64,000 bases of DNA from an uncultured Chloroflexia bacterium (GTDB taxonomy: Bacteria > Chloroflexota > Dehalococcoidia > DSTF01 > JALHUB01). Location of the stretch: contig CAVSBT010000027.1 of NCBI GenBank assembly GCA_963726245.1, positions 1 to 64,000 of the forward strand, read 5' to 3'. Positions 19,219-32,142 of the stretch are shown one piece after another; positions within the stretch are counted from its first letter, which is position 1, and each line of letters begins with the position of its first letter. A program made the position numbers and the translations under genes. The notes under the pieces are model-generated. The model was not told the DNA's origin and did not search any database. It was given only the letters and a program-made list of their open reading frames with translations.

Positions 19219-20442
19219 ATGAACGTACAGATGACAGGCTATGACACAGAGGATCGGTACTATGCTACCCGCTACCAGCAGGGAGGCCGAACCGTATACT
19301 CCATCGACCTGTCTCTAGCTCAGGTGGCGGGTAGTCTACCAAGGCCGGATCCCAACCGCCCAACACCCGGCAATCGCCGTGTCAAGGACAGCCATGCTCG
19401 TTCCTTTGGGAAGTACGTCCGCGAAAAAGAGACGTGGATTGCCCCAGCGCTGCTTCTCCGCGCCCCAGACATGTTCAGCTTCAAGGTGGAGCGGGAGGTG
19501 GAAGGAACCCAGTTCGGCATCCTGAGCCTCCCGCGACTGGCCCGCACTGACCTGAAGATCCTGGACGGCCAGCATCGCATCCTCGGCCTGTACTACGCTG
19601 TCGATGATCTGGCTGCTGAGCTGGAGAGCAACAGGAGCCAAATGGTGGCAGCGCGTCGGCAGGAGAATCCAGACTTGGAGCAGCATTTCCAGGACAAAGT
19701 GAGAGAGCTTGAAGAGCAGCGGTCACGTTTACACCGTGAACGCATCTCGGTTCAAGTCCACATTGAAGAGGACCTCAATGAGTTCAAGCAGATGTTCGTG
19801 GACATCGCAGACAACGCGCTTGGCATTCAATCCGCCATCCGTGTTCGTTTCGACAGCCGAAAGGTTGTCAACCGGTCGCTGGAGGATGTGCTCAAGCACG
19901 CCTTGCTTGTGGACAGAGTAGACCTGGAGCAGGACAGGGTCGGCGGCTCAAGCCCCTGCCTATTGGGAGCTAAGCACGTGGCGGACATTATCCGGACCGT
20001 TACCGTTGGCCTCGCGGGACGCGTGGGGCGGCGGCAGGAGAACGAACTGAGGGAAGCTGCGTTGGTTGAAAACACCAACAATTTCCTCGACACACTCGTG
20101 GGAGGCTTCCCTGCCTTGGAGAGCGTGGTCGATGGGTCGTCCACTCCCGAGGTCCTCCGCAAGACCAGCCTGCTGGGTTCCGCCACCATGCTTCGGGTAC
20201 TTGCCGGCGTATACCAAGAGCTAAACAAGGACAACTGGTCCGACGATGAAATCCAAGAGTTCTTCTCTAAGCTTGCGCCCAGCATGGGCGCACCCATCAA
20301 GCAAGGAAGCCCGTGGATGGAGGCCGGGGTGTTCTCAGATGGTGCCATGGCCCCGAAAGCTCGTCGGCAGGACCTGGAGGCCCTGGCCCGCACCACCGTT
20401 CGCTGGGCGAGAGAAACGCCCAAATGGCTGGCTACGGCCTGA
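19219..20442 (+). CDS. DGQHR domain protein (DndB-like, ParB/Srx superfamily)
   Basis: QQGGR, GNRRV, ILDGQHRILGL, QMFVDIADNA motifs. Confidence 0.85.
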   Translation: MNVQMTGYDTEDRYYATRYQQGGRTVYSIDLSLAQVAGSLPRPDPNRPTPGNRRVKDSHARSFGKYVREKETWIAPALLLRAPDMFSFKVEREVEGTQFGILSLPRLARTDLKILDGQHRILGLYYAVDDLAAELESNRSQMVAARRQENPDLEQHFQDKVRELEEQRSRLHRERISVQVHIEEDLNEFKQMFVDIADNALGIQSAIRVRFDSRKVVNRSLEDVLKHALLVDRVDLEQDRVGGSSPCLLGAKHVADIIRTVTVGLAGRVGRRQENELREAALVENTNNFLDTLVGGFPALESVVDGSSTPEVLRKTSLLGSATMLRVLAGVYQELNKDNWSDDEIQEFFSKLAPSMGAPIKQGSPWMEAGVFSDGAMAPKARRQDLEALARTTVRWARETPKWLATA

Positions 20443-20624
20443 CTGTGCCCCGCGGCGTCGGCCATCATGGGATCACCAACGCAATAGAGGATGCGCGCTG
20501 CAGCAAGGGCGCGGTAGGTCAGTCGATAGTAGTACCTGCATTTCCGCGACCGAGACGAACGGCAATGGTTCTGCTATCAGGATTTGCGCCTACCCAGGGC
20601 TGTGGCCCCCTACCCCTCTCCCCC

Positions 20625-20864
20625 GAAGTACTCCCCCAGCGCCTCCTGCCACGGCCGCATCGTGATACCCAGACGGGCAGCGGCCTCGTTGCGGAGGAAT
20701 CCGTCAACGGATGCGGGAACGGATTAACGGATGCGTGCGGCAGGCCAACCGCCTATCCGTTTATCCGTTAGATATCCGTTGACAAACTCCTGAAGTACTC
20801 CCCCAGCGCCTCCTGCCACGGCCGCATCGTGATGCCCAGGCGGGCGGCGGCCTCGTTGCGGAGG
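20625..20864. repeat. 73-bp direct repeat of the rfbD 3' end (20625-20697 and 20792-20864)
   Basis: GAAGTACTCCCCCAGCGCC...GTTGCGGAGG occurs twice with 3 mismatches, separated by AACGGAT/ATCCGTT repeats. Confidence 0.85.
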
Positions 20865-21640
20865 GCGGTGAACGGCGGCTTGGGCGGGCCGCCGCTGTAG
20901 TCGGCGGAGGTGATGGGGCGCAGCGTCACGTCCGCCAGCGGCGGACCGGCCAGGCGCAGCACCTCGGCCGCCCACTCGTAGCGCGAGCAGTAGCCGTCGT
21001 TCGTCAGGTGGTAGACGCCGTAGGCGGGCTGCGCCGCCAGGCGGATGATGGCCTGCGCCAGGTCGCGCGCCCAGGTGGGAGTCGCCACCTCGTCCGTCAC
21101 CATCGAGAGCTCGCCCCCGCCGCGGCGGCCCTCGGCGGCGCGCAGGACCTTGGCCGGGAAGTTGTTGCCGCCCTCGCCGTAGAGCCAGGCCGTCCGCACG
21201 ACGTAGCAGCGGGGCAGCGTCCCCTGCACCAGGCGCTCGCCCTCCAGCTTCGAGCGGCCGTAGGCGTTGATGGGGTTGGGCTCGTCGGACTCGCCGTAGG
21301 GCTCGCGGCGGGCGCCGTCGAAGACCTCGTTGGTGCTGACGTAGACCATCGCGGCGTCGACGCGGCGACAGGCCCCGGCGACGTGCAGCGCGCCCTCGGC
21401 GTTGACGCGCATCGCCAGGGCCGGGTCCTCCTCGCAGAGGGACGTGTCGGTGAGGGCGGCGGCGTGGATCACGAGCTCCGGCTTCGCGCGGCCGAGCACC
21501 CGCTCGACGGCCTCGGCGTCGGCCACGTCGAGATCGGGCAGGTCGAGCGCCAGGAGCTCGGGTGGGTCGCTCTGGGAGGCGAAGGCCCGCTGGAGCTCGC
21601 GGCCCAGTTGCCCCCGGCCGCCGGTGATGAGCACGCGCAT
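20768..21640 (-). CDS. rfbD: dTDP-4-dehydrorhamnose reductase
   Basis: [53 protein letters not shown]. Confidence 0.92.
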   Translation of the reverse strand: MRVLITGGRGQLGRELQRAFASQSDPPELLALDLPDLDVADAEAVERVLGRAKPELVIHAAALTDTSLCEEDPALAMRVNAEGALHVAGACRRVDAAMVYVSTNEVFDGARREPYGESDEPNPINAYGRSKLEGERLVQGTLPRCYVVRTAWLYGEGGNNFPAKVLRAAEGRRGGGELSMVTDEVATPTWARDLAQAIIRLAAQPAYGVYHLTNDGYCSRYEWAAEVLRLAGPPLADVTLRPITSADYSGGPPKPPFTALRNEAAARLGITMRPWQEALGEYFRSLSTDI

Positions 21641-21645
21641 CGGCT

Positions 21646-22683
<1,038 letters not shown>

Positions 22684-22697
22684 TCAGTCCTCCATAG

Positions 22698-22753
22698 GTG
22701 ACGCTGGAGCTCGCGGCCCAGTTGCCCCGGCCGCCGGTGATGAGCACCCGCAT
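22698..22753 (-). pseudogene. rfbD: N-terminal stub of a second rfbD at the duplication junction
   Basis: ATGCGGGTGCTCATCACCGGCGGCCGGGGCAACTGGGCCGCGAGCTCCAGCG duplicates the rfbD start at about 21590-21640. Confidence 0.8.
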
Positions 22754-22758
22754 CGGCT

Positions 22759-23980
<1,222 letters not shown>

Positions 23981-24024
23981 CTACGCCCGCAACTCGTTGC
24001 CCCTGGCGGTGGCGGCTGCTATCT

Positions 24025-24804
24025 TTGCCGAAAGCCGTGAGCAAGCCCCCATACGTACCGCTGCCCGCCCCGATGCGCCGCCCGGCGCACCGGCCTCTGG
24101 TCATCGCCCACCGCGGCCACTATAAGGAGGCCCCTGAGAACACGCTGGCGTCGGTGCTCGCTGCCCTGGAGCACCCCGTCGACGGCGTGGAGATCGACGT
24201 CCACTGCACCGCCGACGGCGTCCCCGTCGTCATGCACGACTACGAGGTCGACCGCACGACCGACGGCCACGGGCGGATCATGGACCTCACTCTCGCTCAA
24301 CTGAAGGCGCTGCGGGTGCGCGCCGGCGACGGCAGCCTCTCGGATGAGCGCATCCCCACCTTCGAGGAGATCCTGAAGGTCACGCGCGGGCGGTGCCTCC
24401 TCTGCGTCGAGGTGAAGCCGCAGGCCATCGAGAGCATCGTGCTGGACGTGATGCGCGCCTGCCAGGCCGAGGAGTGGGTCTGGGTGTGGTCGTTCATCAA
24501 CTCGGTGGTGCGCGCCTTCCACGAGCTGGCGCCGCGCATCCCCGGCGCCTACCTCAGCGACTGCTTCGCCACCTGGCCGGCCGACCGCTTCCTGCCCGAA
24601 GCCGTCGCCATCGGCGCCCGCGCCGTCTCCCTCGCCTGGCAGGACGTCACGCCCGAGGTGGTGGCCACCTGCCACGACATGGGCCTGGAGGTCTACTCGC
24701 TGGCCCCCGACGAGCCCGCGGCCTGGGACCGCGCCCGCTCGGCCGGCCTCGACGCCGTCATCACCGACGACGCGCCGCGCCTGCTGGCCCACTACGGCGT
24801 GTGA
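24025..24804 (+). CDS. glycerophosphodiester phosphodiesterase family protein
   Basis: IAHRG, PENT, VEIDV, VVMHD, DRTT, IPTFEE, VITDD. Confidence 0.9.
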   Translation: MPKAVSKPPYVPLPAPMRRPAHRPLVIAHRGHYKEAPENTLASVLAALEHPVDGVEIDVHCTADGVPVVMHDYEVDRTTDGHGRIMDLTLAQLKALRVRAGDGSLSDERIPTFEEILKVTRGRCLLCVEVKPQAIESIVLDVMRACQAEEWVWVWSFINSVVRAFHELAPRIPGAYLSDCFATWPADRFLPEAVAIGARAVSLAWQDVTPEVVATCHDMGLEVYSLAPDEPAAWDRARSAGLDAVITDDAPRLLAHYGV

Positions 24805-25025
24805 GGGGGACAGGTCCGCAACCCTCGAACCGTTTCGGGAAGCTGGCCGCTGGCGCCTAGCCGGGCGCAACGCCGTCGCAATCCCCCGTGCCGTGCCACG
24901 CGCCGCTTGGGCCTGCACTCCCCCGCCCGGTAGCCTTCACGAGTGGTGGGCCTTCGCAACCGCCCGTAGGGGCGCACGGCCGTGCGCCCCTCCTTACGCG
25001 GTTTCGCTCACGCTTCGCGCCAGAC

Positions 25026-26216
25026 GTGAACACAATCTTCTCCGGCAAGTGGGTGTGGGTGTGGAACTGGCGGCGCTGCCTCGGCGGCGACCCGGCGCTG
25101 GTGGCGCGCCGCCTCCACCAGGCGGGCTGCGCCGGCGCCCTCGTCAAGAGCGACGACGGCGGCCATCCCTTCGACCAGGGGCAGCCGGTGTGGGAGATCG
25201 TCCACGCCCTCCAGCAGGAGGGCCTGCGCGCCGGCTGCTGGGGCTACGTCTACGGCTGCGACCAGCCCACCGTCATCTACGGCGACCTCAAGTACACCTG
25301 GGCCGAGGAGGCGGCCATGGCGGCCCGCTTCATCGGCGAGCGGCCGTCGCCGTCGTACCGGGGGCCGGACGTGTACGTGGTGGACGTGGAGGCAGAGTAC
25401 GAGCGCCAGCCGTCCGACCCCTGCGCCACCGCCGAGCGCTACCTCCAGTCGGTGCGGGCGGCCGCCGGCCCCGGCTTCCCGCTCGCCTACGCGCCGCTGC
25501 CCCAGCCCGACTACCACCGCGGCCTGCCCTACGCCGTCTTCCAGCGCCACTGCCAGGCCGTCCTGCCCCAGGCCTACCACAACGCCATGGGCGTCTCGCC
25601 CGAGCGCGCCCTGGCCCTCTCCTACGACGCCTTCGCCCGCGAAGGGCTGCTTTCGCTACCCATCGCGCCGGCAGGGGGAGCCTACGGCAGCGTCACGCCG
25701 GACGAGCTGCGGCGCTGGGCGGCGGAGGCCATGCGCCGGGGAGCGCGCATGCTCTCCTGGTGGAGCTTCGAGCACATCGAGGGCGAGCAGCCGTCACTGT
25801 GGGATGCCATCGCCGCCGTGCCCCTGCCGCCAACGAACGAGGAGGAAGAGATGATCCGCTGGGAACGCCGCAGCCGTGCCGGCTGGGCCGTCGATGCCCC
25901 CTTCGCGCCGGGCGAGTATCGCGCCAACGCCCGCGCCGACTTCGAAGTGCCGGTCGAGGCCCGCTCGCTGCTGCTCTACGTCGAGGCGAGGGAGCTCTCG
26001 CCCGCCGACTACGGAGACGCCGGCCGGGGCGGCGTCGACCTCTACAACGGCGGCAGCCAGGGCGTCGACGGTCTGGTGGACCGCCTGTTCACGGAGGGAG
26101 ACGAGTACCGCGGCCGGCAGGTGCAGGTGTGGCTCGACGGCGAAGGCGGCTACCGGCTGCGCGTCTTCGGCGCCACCATCGGGCTCAACATCAGGTGCCT
26201 GGCGTACGGGACGTGA
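25026..26216 (+). CDS. putative TIM-barrel glycoside hydrolase (muramidase/GH25-like) with C-terminal beta domain
   Basis: GKWVWVW, LVKSDDG, WGYVYG, VDVEAEYE, PQAY, SWWSFEH pattern; family assignment is inferred. Confidence 0.6.
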   Translation: MNTIFSGKWVWVWNWRRCLGGDPALVARRLHQAGCAGALVKSDDGGHPFDQGQPVWEIVHALQQEGLRAGCWGYVYGCDQPTVIYGDLKYTWAEEAAMAARFIGERPSPSYRGPDVYVVDVEAEYERQPSDPCATAERYLQSVRAAAGPGFPLAYAPLPQPDYHRGLPYAVFQRHCQAVLPQAYHNAMGVSPERALALSYDAFAREGLLSLPIAPAGGAYGSVTPDELRRWAAEAMRRGARMLSWWSFEHIEGEQPSLWDAIAAVPLPPTNEEEEMIRWERRSRAGWAVDAPFAPGEYRANARADFEVPVEARSLLLYVEARELSPADYGDAGRGGVDLYNGGSQGVDGLVDRLFTEGDEYRGRQVQVWLDGEGGYRLRVFGATIGLNIRCLAYGT

Positions 26217-26534
26217 GCGAGGCGTCCCACCAGATTGTTTGAACCACCCGGCCCTCCCATCCGCCATCGGCGGATTGAGGATAGCTCAACCCCCTGCTAT
26301 CACAAGCCCACGGCAGCAGTGCTGCTCCCCTTTGCCATGGCCGCATGTTGCGCCCAAGTTGTGCCGCATAGTCCAGCAGAAGCTTCGTTGGCTTGTAGGG
26401 CGAGAGCTCAATACGCGCCGTGATGTTGTGCCAGCGCACGAGCAGGATCTCATGGCCCTCAGCCCTCTGCCCATTGATTGAGCACACGTTCAGCCTGATT
26501 GTCTGCTCGTCGCCAAGACCCTCCAGCCGAGCCT

Positions 26535-27460
26535 GGACGACGGCGGGCACGCCTTCGAAGGGGCGGCCGGTCTGGGAGATCGTCCAGGCGCTGCAGCAGG
26601 AGGGGCTGAAGGCCGGCCTCTGGGGCTACGTCTACGGCTGCGACCGCCCACGGTGATCTACGGCGATCTCAAGCAGACGGCGGCGGAAGAGGCGGCGATG
26701 GCGGCGCGCTTCATCGGCGAGCGGCCGCGCCGGCGTATCGCGGCCCCGACGCGTACGTCGTCGACGTGGAGGCGGAGTACGAGCGCCAGCCGAGCGACCC
26801 CGGCGCCACGGCGGAGCGCTATCTGCAGTCGGTGCGGGCGGCCGCCGGGCCGCGAGTTCCCGCTTCTCTACGCGCCGCTGGCCCAGCCCGACTATCATCG
26901 CGGCCTGCCATATCGCGTGTTCAACCGCTACTGTCAGGCGGCCATGCCGCAGGCTTACCATAACGCGATGGAGGTGTCGCCGGAGAGGGCATCGAGCTCT
27001 GCTACGGGGCGTTCGCGCGGAAGGGCTGACGGAGCTGCCGCTGGCGCCGGTCGGGGCGGCGTACGGGTCGGTGACGGCGGAGGAGCTGCGGCGCTGGGCG
27101 CAGGCGGCAATCGGGCGCGGGGCGCGATGCTCTCCTGGTGGAGCTTCGAGCACATCGAGGCGAGCGGCCGGAGCTGTGGGACGCCATCGCCGGGTGGACC
27201 TGCCGCACGAACGGGGAGGAAGAGACGATGTGGGAACGAAGAGGCGTGGAAGCTGGGCCGGGCGATACGCCTTCCAGGCAAGTAACGCGCCACGCCGGCG
27301 CTGACTTCGAGGGCGGTCGAGCCCGCACGCTGGCTATGCGAGCAGGCGAAGGAGATCTGGCCCGCGAGTACGGCGACGCCTGCCGGGGCGCCGTCGGCCT
27401 CTGGTCGGCGAGCAGCAGGCCGAGTCTGGGGACGCCAGTCGCGGGCGACGAGTCCGAGAC
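26535..27460 (+). pseudogene. degraded, 5'-truncated second copy of the 25026-26216 gene
   Basis: PVWEIVQALQQEGL, WGYVYGCD, VEAEYERQPSDP, QPDYHRGLPY, SWWSFEHIE spread over several frames. Confidence 0.8.
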
Positions 27461-27660
27461 CGCACGTGAGGTGCTGCCGCCGTCCCCTGTCCGCGGGGGG
27501 GACTCCTGCAGCGGTAGGGGACGTGCACGGGCCAGACCCCGGATGTCTTGCTGAGATACGGGGGCAGCGTCGACGCCTTTGCTGGACGCCTCCTGATCCC
27601 TCCTGTAACGATGGCTATAGCCTCCGCCGGACGGCCCGGACGTTCGGCGGGCGCTTCACC

Positions 27661-28976
27661 ATGAAGATCTGCTTTCTCATGTACCAGGGGAACATGTTCT
27701 CCGGCGGTCAGGGGATATACCTCTACTACCTGACCCGCGAGCTGGCACGCCTGGGCCACGAGGTGCACGTCATGGCCGGGCCGCCCTACCCAACCCTGGC
27801 TGACGGGGTGATCGGCCACAACCTGGAGACGCACAGCTTCTGGAGCTACCACCACTACAAGCGCAACTTCCTCTTCGAGCGCCACCCGCTCACTCACTTC
27901 CACCCGGTGAACCTCTACGAGCTGATCTCCACCCGCATCGCCCTGTCGTCGCTGCTGCTGAGCTTCAGCGTGCGGGCCTACGTCAAGCTGAACGAGCTGG
28001 CCCGCCATCACCGCTTCGACATCATCCACGACAACCAGACCCTGAGCTACGGCACTATGATGATGCAGGCCTCGGGCTACCCGGTGGTGGGCACCATCCA
28101 CCACCCGCTCTCCGTGGACCTGCGCAACAGCCTGGCGCCAGTCGGGCAGCCTCTACGAGAGGGCGCGGCGGCTGCTCTGGTACCCCTGGATCATGCAGGA
28201 GGTGGCCACCCGCCGCCTGGACCGCGTCATCACCGTCTCCTACACCTCGGCGGCGGCCGTGGAGCGCGCCTTCCGCGTGCCCCGCGAGAAGCTGCGCGTC
28301 GTCCACAACGGCATCGACCACGAGACCTTCCGGCCTCTGCCCGGCATTGAGGAAGAGCCGGGGGCCATCCTCTACGTCGGCAACTCGGAGGACCGCAACA
28401 AGGGCGGGCGCTACCTGATGGAGGCGCTGCGCCTGCTGCGGGACGAGATGGACTTCCACCTCACCCTCGTCGACCAGAAGAAGAGCAACCTGAAGCTGGT
28501 GCCGAGGCTGGTGCGCGAGTACGGCCTGCAGTCGCGGGTCACCTTCGCCGGGCGCGTTCCCGACGGAGGAGCTGGTGCGCCTCTACAACCGGGCGGAGCT
28601 GGTGGTGTCGCCCTCGCTGTATGAGGGCTTCGGGCTGCCGGCGGCCGAGGCGATGTCGTGCGGCAGGGCGGTCATCGCCACCACGGCGCCCGCCTTCCCG
28701 GAGGTGATCGACCACGGCGAGACGGGCTGGCTGGTGCCGCCGGCCGACGCCGCCGCCCTCGCCGAGGCGATCCGCATGCTGCACGAAGCCCCCGGCCTGC
28801 GGCGCAGGCTGGGCGAAAACGGCTCTCAGGCCATCCGCGAGCGCTTCGACTGGCGGCGCGCCGCCCAGCAGACCCTCGCCGTCTACGAGGAGGTCTGTCG
28901 CGGGCGGCAGCCGCCCGTGCCGGCGACCGCCGACTCCGGTGAACGACAGCCGGCCAGAAGCTTAGACGGCTGCTGA
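27661..28976 (+). CDS. glycosyltransferase family 4, paralog 1 (frameshifts near 28140 and 28560)
   Basis: MKICFLMYQGNMFSGGQGIY, HDNQTL, TIHHP, YVGNSEDRNKG, SPSLYEGFGLPAAEAM. Confidence 0.88.
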
Positions 28977-28990
28977 CAGAATAGGTGGGC

Positions 28991-29064
28991 CGCTCGTGGT
29001 TCGACAGGCTCACCACGAGCGGAATCTTCCAGCCGCTCACCCTGAGCTTGTCGAAGGGCGAGCG
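28991..29064. repeat. intergenic palindromic element (GTTCGACAGGCTCACC / CCTGAGCTTGTCGAAGG type)
   Basis: Two imperfect inverted hairpin units between the GT4 and methyltransferase genes. Confidence 0.65.
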
Positions 29065-29127
29065 GCGGCCTTGCCAACAGCCTGGTAGACGAGGAGCGAC
29101 GCAGCCACGCCGGACAACATCGTCAAC

Positions 29128-29895
29128 GTGGATTTCCGCCGCCACTTCCCCATCCAGCCAGGGGAGCGGGTGCTGGACCTGGGCTGCGGCAGCGGGCGCC
29201 ACACGGTGGAGGCCTGTCGCTGGCCCTGCCGGGTCGTCGGCGTCGACCTGAGCCGTCAGGACCTGCGCGTCGCCCGCTACATGCTGGCCGACCTCCAGCG
29301 TCGCAAGATCGCGCCCGGCCACGCCGACTTCCTCATCGCCGACGCCGAGCACCTCCCCTTCCGCAGCGGCGCCTTCGACAAGGTGATGTGCACGGAGGTG
29401 CTGGAGCACATCGGCGACGACCGCGCCGGCGTGCGGGAGCTGGTGCGCGTGCTGAGGCCGGGCGGCGACATCGCCGTCAGCGTGCCGAGCTACTGGCCGG
29501 AGGTGGTCTTCTGGGCCATCTCCTGGCAGTACTGGCACACGCCCGGCGGCCACGTTCGCATGTACAGGCCGGGCGAGATGTGGCGCACCCTGGAGGAGCA
29601 CGGCCTGCGGCTGCGCCTCCAGCGACGGCGCCACTCATCCCAAACGCTCTACTGGTTCGTGCGCTGCGTCTTCGGCAAGGACAACGACCGCTTCCCGCCG
29701 ACGCGCCTCCTGACGCGCTTCATCAACTGGTACCACAACCGGCGGCGGCTGCGACCCCTGGAACACGTCGAGGCGGCGCTGGACCTCGTCATGGGCAAGG
29801 ATATGATCCTCTACGCCACGAAGCCTCCCTCCAACGATGGCGCCGGGCTGGAGGGGGTAACGGCCACGCCGTCTCGTGCCCAGGAGGCGACGTGA
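29128..29895 (+). CDS. class I SAM-dependent methyltransferase, paralog 1
   Basis: VLDLGCGSGRH, LPF..FD, EVLEHI, PGGHVRMY, GKDMILYATKP. Confidence 0.88.
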   Translation: MDFRRHFPIQPGERVLDLGCGSGRHTVEACRWPCRVVGVDLSRQDLRVARYMLADLQRRKIAPGHADFLIADAEHLPFRSGAFDKVMCTEVLEHIGDDRAGVRELVRVLRPGGDIAVSVPSYWPEVVFWAISWQYWHTPGGHVRMYRPGEMWRTLEEHGLRLRLQRRRHSSQTLYWFVRCVFGKDNDRFPPTRLLTRFINWYHNRRRLRPLEHVEAALDLVMGKDMILYATKPPSNDGAGLEGVTATPSRAQEAT

Positions 29896-30614
29896 TCGCC
29901 CGGATGGAGACGGTGGACCTGGACCTCCTGCGCCTGCGGGACGGCGACCTGGTCCTGGACATGGGCAGCGGCACCGGTCGACACGTGATGGCCGCCTGCC
30001 TGCACTCCTGCCGGGTGGTCGGTTTGGACTCAGACCTGGAGAGCCTGGAGCTGTCTCAGAGGTACGTGAACGTCATCCGTTCCTGGGGCGTGGCCAAGGC
30101 CGCTGCCACCCTCATGCTCGGCTGGTGCGACCGAATCCCCTTCGCCGACGGCTCCTTCGACCGCATTCTCTGCACGGAGGTGCTCGAGCACATCCCCGAT
30201 GACGGCCCGACCATCCGCGAGATCGTGCGCGTTCTGCGGCCGGGCGGCACCGTCGCCATCAGCGTGCCCGACCAGATCTCGGAGTTCCTGCTCTGGCGCC
30301 TCTCGCGGCGGTACCGGAACATGCCTGGGGGCCACGTCCGCATCTATGGCCGCTGTGAGATCGCCGGCAAGCTTAGGGATGCCGGCCTGCGCCTCTACGC
30401 CATCCGGTTCCGGCATGCGTTCGAGACGTTGTACTGGTTGATGCGCACCGGCCCTCGCGGCCGCTGGTGGCACCACCATCCCTGGGCGGAGTCCTTCCGC
30501 GAGTTCCTGGACTCCGAGCATACCCTCGCGTCGAAGTTCTTCTACCGCCTGGAGGAGGCGGCCAACTACGTCTTCCCCAAGAGCATCGTCCTCTATGGAC
30601 GGAAGCCGGTGTAG
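29892..30614 (+). CDS. class I SAM-dependent methyltransferase, paralog 2
   Basis: VLDMGSGTGRH, EVLEHI, PGGHVRIY, PKSIVLYGRKP; GTGA overlap with the previous gene. Confidence 0.88.
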   Translation: MIARMETVDLDLLRLRDGDLVLDMGSGTGRHVMAACLHSCRVVGLDSDLESLELSQRYVNVIRSWGVAKAAATLMLGWCDRIPFADGSFDRILCTEVLEHIPDDGPTIREIVRVLRPGGTVAISVPDQISEFLLWRLSRRYRNMPGGHVRIYGRCEIAGKLRDAGLRLYAIRFRHAFETLYWLMRTGPRGRWWHHHPWAESFREFLDSEHTLASKFFYRLEEAANYVFPKSIVLYGRKPV

Positions 30615-30623
30615 AGAGCTCAG

Positions 30624-31899
30624 ATGCGCGTCTGCTTCATCATGTACCAGGGGAACATGTACTCCGGCGGGCAGGGCGTCTACCTGCACCGCCTGACGCG
30701 CGAGCTGGTGGACCTGGGCCACGAAGTCCACGTCATCGCCGGCCGCCCCTACCCGGAGGTGGTCGAAGGGCGTCCACCTGCACCGGCTGAAGACCTTCAG
30801 CTTCTGGAGCTTCCTGGACGGCATCGACGAGTACCGCTTCCGCACCAGCCCCCTCGCCTTCTTCCACCCCGTCAACTTCTATGAGTTCGTGACGACGCGG
30901 TTCACGCTGGCCTCTCTCTTCCTCATGTTCAGCCTGCGGGCTTATGTCAAGCTGCGGGAGCTGTCGAGTCGCGAGCCCTTCGACCTGGTGCACGACAATC
31001 AGACGCTGGCCTACGGCATCCTACTCATGAAGGAGCTGGGGCGGGATGGCCGCCCCCTGCCCGTCGTGGCCAACGTTCACCATCCGCTGGCCATCGACCG
31101 GCGCAACGCCCTGGCCCGCGCGCAGGCCCTGCGCCACCGTGTCGGCGCCTGGCTCTGGTACCCGTGGTACATGCAGCGCATCGTGGCGGCCCGCGTCGAC
31201 CGCGTCATCACCGGCTCTCAGAACTCCGCTCGCTCCATCGTCGAACACCTGGGCCTGCCCAGCGAGCACGTGCGGCCCATCCTGGACGGCGTGGACGTGG
31301 AGACCTTTCGCCCCATGGAAGGCGTGGAGAAGGAGCCGGGCAGCCTCCTCTTCGTGGGCAACTCCGAGGACCTGAACAAGGGCGCGCCCTACCTCATCGA
31401 CGCCCTGGGCCGGCTGCGGGGACGGGTGCCGTTCCATCTGACGCTGGTCGACCGCAAGCCCGAGGACCTGAAGGTGGTGCCGCCGCTCGTGCGTCGCTAC
31501 GGCCTGGGGAACGACGTGACCTACACGGGCCGCGTGTCGAACGAGGAGCTGGTGCGCCTGTACAGCCGCTCGCAGGTGCTGGTGTCGCCCTCGCTGTACG
31601 AGGGCTTCGGGCTGCCGGCAGCCGAGGCCATGGCCTGCGGCACGGCGGTGGTGGCGACCAGCGCCGGCGCCTTCCCGGAGGTGATAGCCGACGGACTGAC
31701 GGGCATCCTGGTCCCGCCCGCCGATGCCGACGCCCTCGCCGAGGCGATCCGCACCCTGCTGGCGGACCCCGAGCTCTGCCGGCGCATGGGGGAGGCCGGT
31801 CGCCGTCGCGTGGTGAGGCACTTCACCTGGCGGGAAACGGCCCTCCAGACAGTCGCCCTATACGAGGAAGTTCTGGCGGCGCGCCGTCCCGCAATGTAG
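30624..31899 (+). CDS. glycosyltransferase family 4, paralog 2 (frameshift near 30770)
   Basis: MRVCFIMYQGNMYSGGQGVY, HDNQTL, FVGNSEDLNKG, SPSLYEGFGLPAAEAM. Confidence 0.88.
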
Positions 31900-32142
31900 G
31901 GACGGAGCTTCAGCTCCGTCCGGCAGGGGGCTGACAACGGATACCGAACGGATTAACGGGTACGTGTCGATTCGGCCCTGCGCCGTAGCTGCAGGGCTTC
32001 AGCCCTGCCAAGAGAGCAGTCCCAAAGGCAGACCTGAAGGTCTGCAGCTACGATGGTGGACCGTATAGGCTACATCCCTGAGGGTTGAAACCCTCAGCTT
32101 CGAGGAAGCTGCGCATTTCAATGCGCAGGAGTCGTTCGTCTG

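Noticed and set aside
20625-20864. Possible diversity-generating retroelement TR/VR pair
   Set aside because: Mismatches are T/C on the coding strand at synonymous positions rather than adenine-specific, and no reverse transcriptase is in the window
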